64,000 nucleotides of DNA from Acidobacteriota bacterium (GCA_027459505.1 DAIDIE010000041.1:3252-67251), one strand, 5' to 3'. Positions 24,715 through 34,198 are shown, numbered from the stretch's first letter. Made by a program: numbers and translations. Notes: generated by a model from the sequence alone, not told the origin.

Positions 24715-24830
24715 CGCATGTACGAAGTGCCGGACGGCAATGGCGCGACGCTGCGCGCGGAAACCTTCCAGGGCTCTGGCGAGCGCGTGGTGTGGGACAA
24801 CGGCAGCGGCGCTCATTGGGTCATTGGGTT
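24715..24830 (+). pseudogene. Short RHS-type fragment homologous to 29486..29590
   Basis: MYEVPDGNGATLRAETFQGSGERVVWDNGSG aligns with MYAVEDGSGNLVRAELFQGAGERVVYDSNPS. The similarity is also visible at nucleotide level. Confidence 0.35.
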
Positions 24831-24891
24831 CGTATTTGGATGGCGGCTTGGAGAAACGATGGGAGAGCGGAGTCGAAAGGTCTCGTTTCAA

Positions 24892-25437
24892 ATGCGTAAC
24901 CGGGCAACCAGCGGAGGGGCAATCCTCGCAATTATTATCTGCCACAGTCTACTTTTAGGGATGACATCTGGCTACTGCGGGCTGGCTGTTCGGCAGAGGC
25001 GGGTGCTGCGGGCGTGGCTTGAGAACGGCACCCTCAGTATCGCGTTGCAACGGATGCGGACTGCCAGTGCGCGGACGATATCATGCGGACGAGGTCTGGT
25101 TACGGAGAGTCGTGGCCGAAACAGCCACAGTACCACCCCTACGTGGCGACTGGGGACTTTCGTGGAAACGGGGCGCGGGACTTTGCGGTAATGGTTATTA
25201 ACCGCGCCCCTAAGGCGGATCGATTCACGCTGTTGGTATTTGATGGACCGATGGACCCTTCAAAGAGTCCCCCAAACGACCTGCGTTCGTTGCGTCCCAT
25301 CTCGACCTGATCCACAAGGGTCTTGCTTATGGTCCGCCGCGCCCGAGGCCCTTCAGGTTGGTTCTCGGGCCGTTCGAAAGTGACAATACATGTGTGCTGC
25401 GACCCAAAGGGAACACCTACAGGCTAGACTGCAACTG
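24892..25437 (+). pseudogene. Twice-frameshifted gene for a membrane-anchored protein with an FG-GAP-like segment
   Basis: Frame 1 gives MRNRATSGGAILAIIICHSLLLGMTSGYCGLAV...AWLE. The next frame gives HPQYRVATDADCQCADDI...YVATGDFRGNGARDFAVMVINR...FDGPMDPSK. The third frame gives PKRPAFVASHLDLIHKGLAYGPPRPRPFRLVLGPFESDNTCVLRPKGNTYRLDCN-stop. The second shift falls at a C5 run near 25269. Confidence 0.4.
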
Positions 25438-25795
25438 AATCGTCATTTGCGGCGCTCAGCCGGGCGGCGGTCGCCGTGGGGCGGTGCTTTTCCTTGGTGC
25501 GGGAGTTGCCGCCACGCGAACCCGCACGGAACACCCTCGGTTCACCGAAGGAGCGAGCCACCGAGTCCTCCCTGCGGGAGGAGATTCTCGCCCAGCAACG
25601 GCAGACGACGCCGTTGCTGGGGCCCGTCGCAGGTGGAGGACCGCCAAATTCCGAAAGGCGGTCCCCTCGCGCGGGAGAGGAGCCAGGCTTCGGCGGCTTC
25701 ACGTTCTCACTGGAGAACGTGCCAGCGACCAACGGGAGCGGGCGGCCTGAAGGAGACGAGGCCGTGCCTCCGCTGGCCAAGGATAACGGCAAGAT

Positions 25796-26080
25796 GTGCA
25801 GTATTGCGAAGGGCTTATGTTTAAGATGACAATTGCTTGCGGGCTGGGTGGTGCAACTGGCGTAGTAGTTACAACGATCGCAGCCGGCCTGTCGCCCAAG
25901 CTTGAGTTCCTGACCTACCCAGGGATCTGGATTGCATTGCGCCTAATACCGGGAGGCGTGCATTCCTCCTCCGCGTTTGGCGGTCTGTTCGGTTTCATCG
26001 GCTTGCTCGCGGAGTGGGCCCTGTACACGGCCTGCATCTTGGCGGTTTCCATGACGGTCCGGCATCTCCGTAGGCCTTGA
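25796..26080 (+). CDS. Small hydrophobic membrane protein (start uncertain: 25796, 25817 or 25826)
   Basis: MTIACGLGGATGVVVTTIAAGL...FGGLFGFIGLLAEWALYTACILAVSM, with two to three predicted TM helices. Confidence 0.4.
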   Translation: MQYCEGLMFKMTIACGLGGATGVVVTTIAAGLSPKLEFLTYPGIWIALRLIPGGVHSSSAFGGLFGFIGLLAEWALYTACILAVSMTVRHLRRP

Positions 26081-26279
26081 GAACTGGGGTCGATCGCTAA
26101 AGCGCGGAATTCCCCATGAACATCGTCGTTGGCACCGAGCACAACCAGGTGTACTTTTATGATCATTGCGGGGTGGTCGGGCAGATCGGACTCGATGAGC
26201 TTCTGAGTTCGAAATAGGCGCAAAGTGGCATGCTTTGCGGCGAGGCCGGGAACTCGCCGCGAGGAATGAGGCTGACGAA

Positions 26280-27224
26280 ATGCAAAGTACGAAGGCGAAC
26301 CAGTGGCGGCGGGTCGCGGTGTTGGTGGTCGCAGCCGTGTTGTGTTGGGCAATCAACGGCTTCGGGCAGGAAGAGTTACCTTTGCGCGTGGTCTCGGCGG
26401 AGGCGCCGCTCTACCCGCTGATGGCCCAGGCTATGGGAATACAAGGGGTCGTGCTGCTGGATGTGTTGATCAAAAAACACGAGGTTGTGTCGGCAAAGGC
26501 GTTGAGCGGCCCACCCCTCCTTCAACGAGCAGCCACAGAGAATGTCAGATCCTGGAAGTTTTACGGCGCGAGGCCGGCGAAGTTGCGGGTAAGATTTACG
26601 TACAAACTGGTTGGATCGACCTGCGGCATCCATGGGGAAACTGTCGTATTCAGGCCGCCATTGGACGTCGAGCTTAGCGCTCCAGGGTTTGTGACGTGCG
26701 ATCCAATTCGGACGGTCACTACGGTGCATAAGGCGCGCGCGACAAGTTCAGCCAGGCGAGTAACGGGACCGGGCTCCCACCCCCAGCAGGCTCCAGATTC
26801 GGGCAAATGGTCGCTGCAGGAGGGGCATATTGCCCCCTCATGTGGCCAAAGTTCCCAGCAGTTGGGGCGAGTGAATACCACATCTGTATGCGAGATTGTG
26901 GCTGCGCCCTCAAGGTTTGACGGGAAGTTGCTCTGCTTTCCCGCGGAGGTCAGGAGTGATGGGCTAGAGTTTACAATGCTTTTCGACCATCGGTGTCCCG
27001 CGGTCGGAATTGTGCCACTGTTTCGAGATACGGCCGCGTCCGCTGAAATTGATCGGGCGATCTACTCGACGAGACCTCCTGGGAGGAAGCGAATCGGGGC
27101 CGTCTTCACTGGGATCGTGCACTGGCGCCGGCACCACCGGCGAAGGTTCACACTGGATGTACAGGAAGTGTGCGACATTAGGGTGGGTAGGACAAAGAGT
27201 GGTGCATCACCTGGAAGCGACTAA
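26280..27224 (+). CDS. Secreted protein with a TonB C-terminal-like domain
   Basis: Signal-like N-terminus MQSTKANQWRRVAVLVVAAVLCWAINGFG. TonB_C-type block EAPLYPLMAQAMGIQGVVLLDVLIKKHEVVSAKALSGPPLLQRAATENVRSWKF. Confidence 0.6.
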   Translation: MQSTKANQWRRVAVLVVAAVLCWAINGFGQEELPLRVVSAEAPLYPLMAQAMGIQGVVLLDVLIKKHEVVSAKALSGPPLLQRAATENVRSWKFYGARPAKLRVRFTYKLVGSTCGIHGETVVFRPPLDVELSAPGFVTCDPIRTVTTVHKARATSSARRVTGPGSHPQQAPDSGKWSLQEGHIAPSCGQSSQQLGRVNTTSVCEIVAAPSRFDGKLLCFPAEVRSDGLEFTMLFDHRCPAVGIVPLFRDTAASAEIDRAIYSTRPPGRKRIGAVFTGIVHWRRHHRRRFTLDVQEVCDIRVGRTKSGASPGSD

Positions 27225-27310
27225 GTGGAGCAAGCCTGGTTGCCGGGCCGCAATAGAAGGTGCTAAGGTCACTCCTGGGTCAGTAAGGCTATGGGGAGGC
27301 GATCGGAAAT

Positions 27311-27763
27311 ATGAATGTCCAGGGCGGGTACCCGAGGCTGGCGGCAGTTGCAGTAACAGTGACGTTGATTAGCGTGTACCTGCACTCTCGCGTGTTTACA
27401 GGACGCGAGTGGTGGGCCTCGGCGGTACTGTTGGCAGGCGCTCCCGGTAAGGCGTTTCACTACTTGGTGGTGTCGCCGTACCACGGCGAGTCCTCAGCAA
27501 CGAGCAGATTTGTGGGCGCGAGTACTGGCTGGTTGGTGGACGTTGCAGTGTACCAGTGGCTGCTCAGCTTCGGTGGGCGCCTGGTTGAAAGGCTATGGCC
27601 AAGAAAAGGTAAAGGAGTGCGGACTGAGGCTGCGTTTGGGCGGACCGACTCGGCCGTTCTATTGCTTACCGATTTAATGCCTACGAGAGAGATCGTTCTC
27701 GTCCGACGGCTGGTCCGTGTGTTTTGTCGGGAACGGCGATATTCTGTTTATGAAAAGCTCTAA
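27311..27763 (+). CDS. Hypothetical membrane protein (150 aa)
   Basis: ATG ORF with several hydrophobic segments (LAAVAVTVTLISVYL, WWASAVLLAGA, GWLVDVAVYQWLLSF). Confidence 0.35.
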   Translation: MNVQGGYPRLAAVAVTVTLISVYLHSRVFTGREWWASAVLLAGAPGKAFHYLVVSPYHGESSATSRFVGASTGWLVDVAVYQWLLSFGGRLVERLWPRKGKGVRTEAAFGRTDSAVLLLTDLMPTREIVLVRRLVRVFCRERRYSVYEKL

Positions 27764-27965
27764 ATCTTTATCCGTTGCAGCAAAGGCGGCAATCTTCAAT
27801 GCCGCCGCCGCTGCGGCGGTCTTGTGGCAGCGCCTCAGTGGGCAACCCACTAGGCTAGTGATTGTAGAGGCAGTGCTGACGTTTTTAATTGGCAATGCCG
27901 TCGTGTTCGGTGTTGGTTCCAGGGCTGAGAAAAGACGCACGCGACGCCGCGAAAATGGTTATTAA
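27750..27965 (+). CDS. Small membrane protein (71 aa)
   Basis: MKSSKSLSVAAKAAIFNAAAAAAVLW...LVIVEAVLTFLIGNAVVFGV. It overlaps the previous ORF end by 14 nt. Confidence 0.3.
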   Translation: MKSSKSLSVAAKAAIFNAAAAAAVLWQRLSGQPTRLVIVEAVLTFLIGNAVVFGVGSRAEKRRTRRRENGY

Positions 27966-28244
27966 CGCAGGTCGTGTGGCGGCGACGCGAACGTTGTCTG
28001 GGCCGCATTTGGTGGCAGCCGTCAATGCCCACTTGAAAAAATGACTCCTCTTCGATCGCGTCCTCATCTACACCTATGATGCAGAGGGGAGCACCATGAC
28101 GGTTGATGCCAACGCGCATTTAAAGTTGGCCGCCTTTCGCTCACTAACAATTGACCTCCATTGATACAAAAAAGGGGGTGGAGGATCAGGGTTTGGGGAG
28201 CACCTCCTGGCGGGGGCACCTCCTCGGCAGCGGCGGCGGCCTTG

Positions 28245-28340
28245 GCGCGGCGCGTTTCCTTGAGACGGAAGCTGTCGCCACGGATGTTGATGAGGGTGGA
28301 GCGGTGCAGCGCTGGCGGTGCGGCGGTGTATATCGGCGAA
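28245..28340 (-). mobile_element. IS21-family istB C-terminal remnant
   Basis: The minus-strand translation AAPPALHRSTLINIRGDSFRLKETRRAK resembles the IstB C-terminus (LDRLLHH..vi.i.GeSYRLKe). There is no upstream ATPase part. Confidence 0.5.
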
Positions 28341-28418
28341 TTGTGGGGTTCCTAACCCGGGCTCTTCCGCCACGCTGAGGCGGACATACCGGTAAAGACG
28401 CCAAAAAGGTTAGACGTT

Positions 28419-28610
28419 ATGAGACCGCTCCCGGAAATCCTCTCGAAGAAAGCGCTGTTTGCAATCTTGAACGCTGGCATGGTCGGTAGTTTGCTGGTGT
28501 CTGGCGAGCTACGCCTGGATACCATATCCATTATTAGCTCCGTTGTTGTCCTTGGTCTTATGAATGGCGTCGCTCTGTTATCCGCCAGATATTATAAAGG
28601 ATGGAAATGA
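28419..28610 (+). CDS. Small two-TM protein (63 aa), paralog of the next ORF
   Basis: LSKKALFAILNAGMVGSLLVSGELRLDTISIISSVVVLGLMNGVALLSARYYKGWK. Confidence 0.4.
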   Translation: MRPLPEILSKKALFAILNAGMVGSLLVSGELRLDTISIISSVVVLGLMNGVALLSARYYKGWK

Positions 28611-28611
28611 C

Positions 28612-28788
28612 GTGACCTTATCGCAGAGGGCGGCAGCTCTGAACATGGGGATTATAGCTGGCTTGGCGCTTGAGTACTTGAGAGGCGTACCACTCAAATA
28701 TGAGGCTTGGGCCGGGATCGGGTGCTTGGCACTGGCCAACGGAATCCTTACAATCAAATACTTTCGTTCTGCTCGTCGGGGCCGTTGA
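28612..28788 (+). CDS. Small two-TM protein (58 aa from GTG 28612; alternative ATG at 28564), paralog of the previous ORF
   Basis: LSQRAAALNMGIIAGLALEYLRGVPLKYEAWAGIGCLALANGILTIKYFRSARRGR aligns colinearly with 28419..28610. Confidence 0.35.
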   Translation: MTLSQRAAALNMGIIAGLALEYLRGVPLKYEAWAGIGCLALANGILTIKYFRSARRGR

Positions 28789-28831
28789 GTGGGCCAGAGC
28801 AAATTAAGAGAGGGGCGCAATTCCGGCAGCC

Positions 28832-29389
28832 ATGAAGTTTCTGAATGAATCCGAGGTGAAGCACTGGTGTGAGGCGCGCGGCGTGGAACTGAGCTCAAAG
28901 GGATGCCTTCGCTATAGGGGCGAGGAGCTCCATGGGTGTCTCATCAAATTTCAGGAGGAATGCCCCTCCCGTTTGATCGCATTAGTAGATGCCATGATCC
29001 CCGCTTGGGAGGAGGTGCCCTTCTCGGGTGGGCTTTTGTGGATTCGTCAACGGGGAGCATGGGGCGAGCACTCTGAGGATATGGGCGACGCCCTCATTGC
29101 GCAATTGCGGGTCGCAAACGGCGAGCGTGAGCCGTTGGAGGTGCGCCCGGGACACGCGTTTTCGGACGCAGAGCCGCTTAAGATGCACTCGTTCCTTGTT
29201 GTGCCCCTTTTGTTTGGGTGGGACGCATATCTAGTTCCCGAAGCTCGGGACTACCTCGTGTATATAAGTCACGACGGAATTGCGGAAGTGGTAGCAAGAA
29301 CCGCAGAGGGTAAACGAGAGCTGCTTCAGAGATTTCGCAGATGGAGTCCGCTGGATGAGTTGAATTGGTATAAGCGGACGGTCGGTTGA
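28832..29389 (+). CDS. Hypothetical cytoplasmic protein (185 aa), possible immunity-type protein by context
   Basis: Clean ATG ORF immediately upstream of an orphan RHS C-terminal fragment. No family recognised. Confidence 0.45.
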   Translation: MKFLNESEVKHWCEARGVELSSKGCLRYRGEELHGCLIKFQEECPSRLIALVDAMIPAWEEVPFSGGLLWIRQRGAWGEHSEDMGDALIAQLRVANGEREPLEVRPGHAFSDAEPLKMHSFLVVPLLFGWDAYLVPEARDYLVYISHDGIAEVVARTAEGKRELLQRFRRWSPLDELNWYKRTVG

Positions 29390-29404
29390 CCGCGTACTAA
29401 ACGG

Positions 29405-30061
29405 ATGGAGCCGGAGAACTTGAACGGGTCGGGGTGCAACTCCAACACCAGCGTCCACAAGCTGCTCTACGACCCGACCGGGTGGATGTACGCGGTAGAA
29501 GACGGCAGTGGGAATCTGGTGCGGGCGGAGCTGTTTCAGGGGGCGGGCGAACGCGTCGTCTACGACAGCAATCCCAGCAACCCGGGCGTCCATTAAAGCT
29601 TCAACGATTACGAGGGCACGGCCCGCGTCCGCACCGCCGGATCGGCCAACGTGCAGGAGAGCTACACCAACTGGCTCTTTGGCGACCACCTATATACCAA
29701 CGGCGCCTACAACTGGTTGGGCAATATCAGCCGCAACCACTTCGCCGGCGAACAACGCGACGCCGAGTCGGGCTTCGATTATTTTGGAGCCCGCTACAAC
29801 GCCAGCCAGCTGCGCCGCTTCATGACCCCGGACCCCGGCCCGTTAGTGTTTACGGATCCCCAGACGCTGGACCGGTGTGTGTACACCGCGGACAATCCGG
29901 TGACGTATACCGATCCGACGGGGCTGTACATGTGCAAGTGGGACGGGGGTCGGCGATCAGAGATTCAGCGATATCTGCAGTGGCTTAAATACAAACAACA
30001 ATGGCGATTGGCGCCCGACCGGGCCTATAAGCCGCAATGGGGTAGTGTCCTGAAGGGCTGA
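29405..30061 (+). pseudogene. Orphan RHS repeat-associated core / C-terminal tip fragment, interrupted by a stop at 29594
   Basis: FAGEQRDAESGFDYFGARYNASQLRRFMTPDP...NPVTYTDPTGLYMC is the RHS core end with the DPxGL motif. Only ~45 aa follow it. The upstream piece (29405..29596) is in another frame. Confidence 0.7.
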
Positions 30062-31761
30062 GCACTGGGGACGGGGCCGAGGCGCACCAAGTCGCGCTGC
30101 GCCGGTTGGTAGCCCTGCGCGGCGGCTTTTTGGTACCAGAATTTAGCATTGCGATAGTCCAGGTCGTTATGGCTACCAGGATCAGCGAAGCCCTTCTCGT
30201 AGAACCGTCCAAGATTGGTTTCGGCCAAGGCATTGCCTTGCTTGGCGGCTTTGCGTGACCATGTCACGGCCTGGCTGCAGTCCTGGGGCACGCCGCGACC
30301 CAGAGCATAAAGCTGGCCAAGATCGGCTTCTGCCGCTGCATCGCCCTTCGCGGCGGCCTTGCGAATCCAGACCGCGGCTTGGGCGAGGTCCTTGGGGACG
30401 CCGAGGCCCGACTCATAAAGGATCCCGAGGTTGACTTCGGCAGTGCTGTCGCCCGGAAGGAGGGGATTGTCCCCTCCCGCGGCTATGCGGAACCAACGCG
30501 CGGCCCGTGTGTAATCCTGCGGGACGCCCAGCCCTTTCATATACAGCAAACCAAGCTTCCGCTGGGCGTCTGGATACTGTTGGGCGGCCAGGCGATACCA
30601 ATGGGCCGCTTGGCCGTAATCCTTGGGCACGCCCGCGCCCCATTCGTAAAGGTCGCCGAGATTTTCCGCGGCATCGTGGTTGCCTTGCTGGGCCGACTTG
30701 CGCAGCCACTTGGCGGCCAGCGAGTAATCCCGCGGCACTCCCTGGCCGTTTGCGTAGAGCAGGCCGAGTCTTTGTTCGGCGTCGGCGTAGCCCTGCTGGG
30801 CGGCCTTGGCGAACCAAGCGGCGGCTTTGGCTTCGTCTTTGGGCAGTACGCTGTCGCCGCCCTGGAAGATCATGCCAAGGTAATCCTCGGCATCGGCGTT
30901 GCCTTGTTCGGCCGCTTTGCGAAACCAGTAGTCCATCTTGCTATCGTCCTTGGGCACACCTTGGCCGAAGTTGTACAGCTTGGCGAGGCCGTCCTCGGCG
31001 TCCGCATTGCCTTGCATTGCGGCTTTGCGGAACCAGATAGCGGCCTGTTCATAATTCAGAACGATGCCGTCGTAGGCGTACAGGCCGGCGAGTTTGTCCT
31101 CGGCATCGACGTCGCCCTGTTCAGCGGCCTTAAGATACCAGGCCACCGCTTGCCGATCGTTCTGCGGCATGCCTTGGCCGGACTGGTAGTCGGCGGCGAG
31201 TTGCTTCTCGGCCGGCAGGGTCATGTGCTGGCGGAGCATTGCGATCAACGCGCTGCTGCCGCCGGCCTGGCGCAGCGCGGCTTCAGCGCTTGCGTCGACC
31301 ACGAAGGCAACACCGCGCTGCGCGGCGACGGCTTCGATGGCCTGCACGTCTTCAACTTTAAGGAGCTTCAGGACTTGCGTCTGCGTCAGCGGCGGAGGCG
31401 CCTGGGCCGCGGCCACCAGGGTCAGGGCAAGAGTGAGGAGCACGCAAAGACCAAGGCCGGCGGCCGAGCGGTGGATTGTGCGCGGGCGGAGGCGCGGAAC
31501 GCAGCCGGCCACCGGGTCCACGCCGCCGGCGGGGAGATCGCCGGTGAACCCCGGGAAGAAATGCCGGCGAAATTCCGCCGGGCGGCTCGCCGGCTTGAGA
31601 AGGGGATGGGCCGCGGCGGCCTCGTCCTCCCTCCGGAGATGGTCGCAGCGGCGGAGCGGAGCGCTTCCGGAGCAATTGGTTCGGCGGGCCTGCCGGCCGT
31701 TGCGGCCGCGCCGCTCCAGCGCGCTCAAGTTCAGCCGGATGTTTCCATTAGAATTTAGCAT
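30025..31761 (-). CDS. Sel1-repeat (SLR) protein with an N-terminal membrane anchor
   Basis: At least 8 tandem Sel1 units (AVAWYLKAAEQGDVDAEDKLAGLY, AAIWFRKAAMQGNADAEDGLAKLY and others). TM segment GLGLCVLLTLALTLVAA. The start codon is uncertain. Confidence 0.8.
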   Translation of the reverse strand: MLNSNGNIRLNLSALERRGRNGRQARRTNCSGSAPLRRCDHLRREDEAAAAHPLLKPASRPAEFRRHFFPGFTGDLPAGGVDPVAGCVPRLRPRTIHRSAAGLGLCVLLTLALTLVAAAQAPPPLTQTQVLKLLKVEDVQAIEAVAAQRGVAFVVDASAEAALRQAGGSSALIAMLRQHMTLPAEKQLAADYQSGQGMPQNDRQAVAWYLKAAEQGDVDAEDKLAGLYAYDGIVLNYEQAAIWFRKAAMQGNADAEDGLAKLYNFGQGVPKDDSKMDYWFRKAAEQGNADAEDYLGMIFQGGDSVLPKDEAKAAAWFAKAAQQGYADAEQRLGLLYANGQGVPRDYSLAAKWLRKSAQQGNHDAAENLGDLYEWGAGVPKDYGQAAHWYRLAAQQYPDAQRKLGLLYMKGLGVPQDYTRAARWFRIAAGGDNPLLPGDSTAEVNLGILYESGLGVPKDLAQAAVWIRKAAAKGDAAAEADLGQLYALGRGVPQDCSQAVTWSRKAAKQGNALAETNLGRFYEKGFADPGSHNDLDYRNAKFWYQKAAAQGYQPAQRDLVRLGPVPSAQPFRTLPHCGL

Positions 31762-31776
31762 CGCGGTTCATTCCCG

Positions 31777-33492
31777 TTACTTCCCGCTGAGGGCGGCCAT
31801 CGCGGCTTCAACTTTGCGGACCCAGTTCGCCGCCTTGGTGTTGCCGGGTTCAAGCGCGTGGGCCCTCTTGAACTGCGCCAGCGCATCCGCGAGATCGCCC
31901 CGATCGTTTTCCGTCATGCCCTGGATCATGTACTTATTGAAGCGCGCCTTATCCGCTTGAACTCTTGTGACGGCCGCTGCCGCGAGGGCGCTGTTGGGAT
32001 CAAGCATCAAGGCTTGTTTGTAGTTCCGCAGGGCGCGGGAAAAATGGGCGCGGTGTTCATCGGTCCGGCCCGCCTTCATTAGCAGATTAAAGCGCGTTTC
32101 CTTTGCCGGCGGTTGCGGATGCGGTGGTCCGGCTTCCAGGGTGGACGCTGGCGGGGGTGCGAGCGGCTCTTGTCTTGGCGCGGGCAGCGAAAGGTACACC
32201 ATGAACGCCATGAGCGCGACCACTGCCGCGGCGGGCGCCATGATGAGAAGAACCTTGTTCAGTCGCCGGGCGGTGCCGTTGTGCCGCGCGCTTGCCGGCC
32301 CGCGGGCGGGCGCGGCGCGCATTGAGGCAGCGGCCTCGTTCGACGCCGGTGTTTGTTCCGGTAGGGGTAGTGCCGGCGCCGGTTCCGGGTGCGGCGGCTG
32401 CGCGGCGGGCGCGAGCTGGGGCGCAGCCGCCGACGGGAGAAGAACGGTTGTGGGCAGCGGAACGGGCGTCTGGGGCGGGACCGGATCGGGTGACAGATCC
32501 AAGGCTGGAGCGTGAGCGGTCCACCATGCGGCCGGGTTGCGCAGCGCCGCATCCATCTCCTCCGCCGTCTGGAAGCGATTTTCGGGTTGCTTTTCCAGCG
32601 CCTTGAGCAGGATCCGCGACACCGGTTCGGGAATATCCAAGGCGGGAACGAGTTGCCGCGGCGAGGGCGCCGGGGTCCTCATCTGCTCGATCAGCATCGA
32701 GACTGGCGTGTCCGCCTGGAAGGGCAAGCGGCCGGTGATGGCCTGAAAGAGGACCACCCCCAGCGAGTACAGATCGGAGCGGCCGTCGATCTGTTCGCCG
32801 GGCTTGCCCATGGCTTGCTCCGGCGACATGTACTGGGGCGTACCCACGATAAAACCGGTCTGGGTGATTGAGGTGAAGCCGCCCTCGGGAGACTTGGCGT
32901 TGGCAATGCCGAAATCGAGGACTTTGACGTAATCGCGGCTTCCGGGCGCTTGCACGAGGAAGATGTTGTCGGGCTTGATGTCGCGATGGACAATGCCGAG
33001 CGCATGTGCCGCCGCAAGCGCGGAGGCGACCTGGGCGCCGATGTCCAGCGCGCGGTCCACCGCCAGCGGCTGCGCCGCCTCGTTCGGGGAGCTGGAGCGC
33101 AGCTGGCGAGCCAAATCGGTTCCGTGCAACAACTCCATTACCAGGAAGGGCCGGCCGTCCTCCATCTGGTCGAGGTCGTCAATGCGAACGGCATGGGGGT
33201 GCTGAATCTTGCGCCCGACGGAGGCCTCGCGCCGGAAGCGTTTAAGGAAGTCTTTATCGCCGGCAAAGCGCGCCAGAACGATCTTGATCGCCCGTTCCTC
33301 GATCAGCATCTCGTGGCGCGCGCGATAGACGGTAGCCATGCCACCGCCTCCGATGATCTCCAAAATGCGGTACTTGCCGCGGACAATCATGCCGGGCTGC
33401 AAGTCGTCGACGGCGCGCAGGCCGACGCCATCCTTGGGGCAGATCTGGCGGTCCGCCTCGAAGAGACAGCCGCATTGGGTGCAATATTTCAC
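31777..33492 (-). CDS. Ser/Thr protein kinase with N-terminal zinc ribbon, TM segment and C-terminal TPR
   Basis: Hanks kinase motifs are present: GGGGMATVYRA, AIK, HRDIKPDN, DFGIA and GTPQYMSPE. N-terminal CTQCGC...CPKDG. Confidence 0.9.
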   Translation of the reverse strand: MKYCTQCGCLFEADRQICPKDGVGLRAVDDLQPGMIVRGKYRILEIIGGGGMATVYRARHEMLIEERAIKIVLARFAGDKDFLKRFRREASVGRKIQHPHAVRIDDLDQMEDGRPFLVMELLHGTDLARQLRSSSPNEAAQPLAVDRALDIGAQVASALAAAHALGIVHRDIKPDNIFLVQAPGSRDYVKVLDFGIANAKSPEGGFTSITQTGFIVGTPQYMSPEQAMGKPGEQIDGRSDLYSLGVVLFQAITGRLPFQADTPVSMLIEQMRTPAPSPRQLVPALDIPEPVSRILLKALEKQPENRFQTAEEMDAALRNPAAWWTAHAPALDLSPDPVPPQTPVPLPTTVLLPSAAAPQLAPAAQPPHPEPAPALPLPEQTPASNEAAASMRAAPARGPASARHNGTARRLNKVLLIMAPAAAVVALMAFMVYLSLPAPRQEPLAPPPASTLEAGPPHPQPPAKETRFNLLMKAGRTDEHRAHFSRALRNYKQALMLDPNSALAAAAVTRVQADKARFNKYMIQGMTENDRGDLADALAQFKRAHALEPGNTKAANWVRKVEAAMAALSGK

Positions 33493-33633
33493 GCGTTACC
33501 GGGCCCCGCCAATCGCCGGGATGGCGTGATTATGCACCGATTCGTGGATAGGTGGGAATGGCCGCCAGCCGAATGGAAGACTGCCGGCCGCCTCGAGGGT
33601 GGCTCGCGACGGCGTGCCGGGCGGCCACGATCG

Positions 33634-33817
33634 GGAACTATATTGGGTATGCAAGCCGGCACACGTTCATCAGTCGTTTTACAATGGCTGGCGTACCGCT
33701 GAGGCCAGTTCAGGGTTGGCGGGACGCAAAACAATCGCCATGATCTGCCGTTACGCCCATTGCGCGCCCGGGCATCGGCCGTGTGGCGTGAGCGGCAACG
33801 CGGCCAGCCCGCGGTAA
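33634..33817 (+). pseudogene. Tyrosine recombinase (integrase) C-terminal remnant, frameshifted
   Basis: GYASRHTFISRFTMAGVPLRPVQ in one frame and GRKTIAMICRYAHCAPGH in another match the integrase C-terminal box (RHTFAS..V.AGV.L..VQ..LGHKTIAMT.RYAHL). No N-terminal part is present. Confidence 0.6.
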
Positions 33818-34198
33818 ACTTTCTTCTAGCGCAACAGTATCGAAACCAGCACGGCAGCTATCGCTGCCAGTATCGCTATCGCTGCCATTGTCGATCACAC
33901 CCGCTTACCGGCAATTGCGCGGCAATGTGTCCTGGGCAGCCGCGGGGCGGCATGACGAGGGACGGCGGTGGGCCTATACTGATTGCAGATGCGGTGCGGG
34001 GGGGATTCACTCAACCCGCTGTGCAGGCCATGCGCGATTTGCGCCTGCATCGGGGATCCGGCTCATCCCCATGCCGCTTGCTGTATAGAGGCCTTGCGGA
34101 GGTCCCCGCTTATGGCTGTCGTGCGCTCCTCTCTCCTTTTTCGCAATCTTTGGTTTTGGTGCTGGTTGGGTCATCCTCACGGCTTTTTCCAGACCCGC

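Noticed and set aside
30379-31758. 459-aa ORF antisense to the Sel1-repeat gene
   Set aside because: The opposite strand encodes clear tandem Sel1 units. This frame is repetitive only because it mirrors them.
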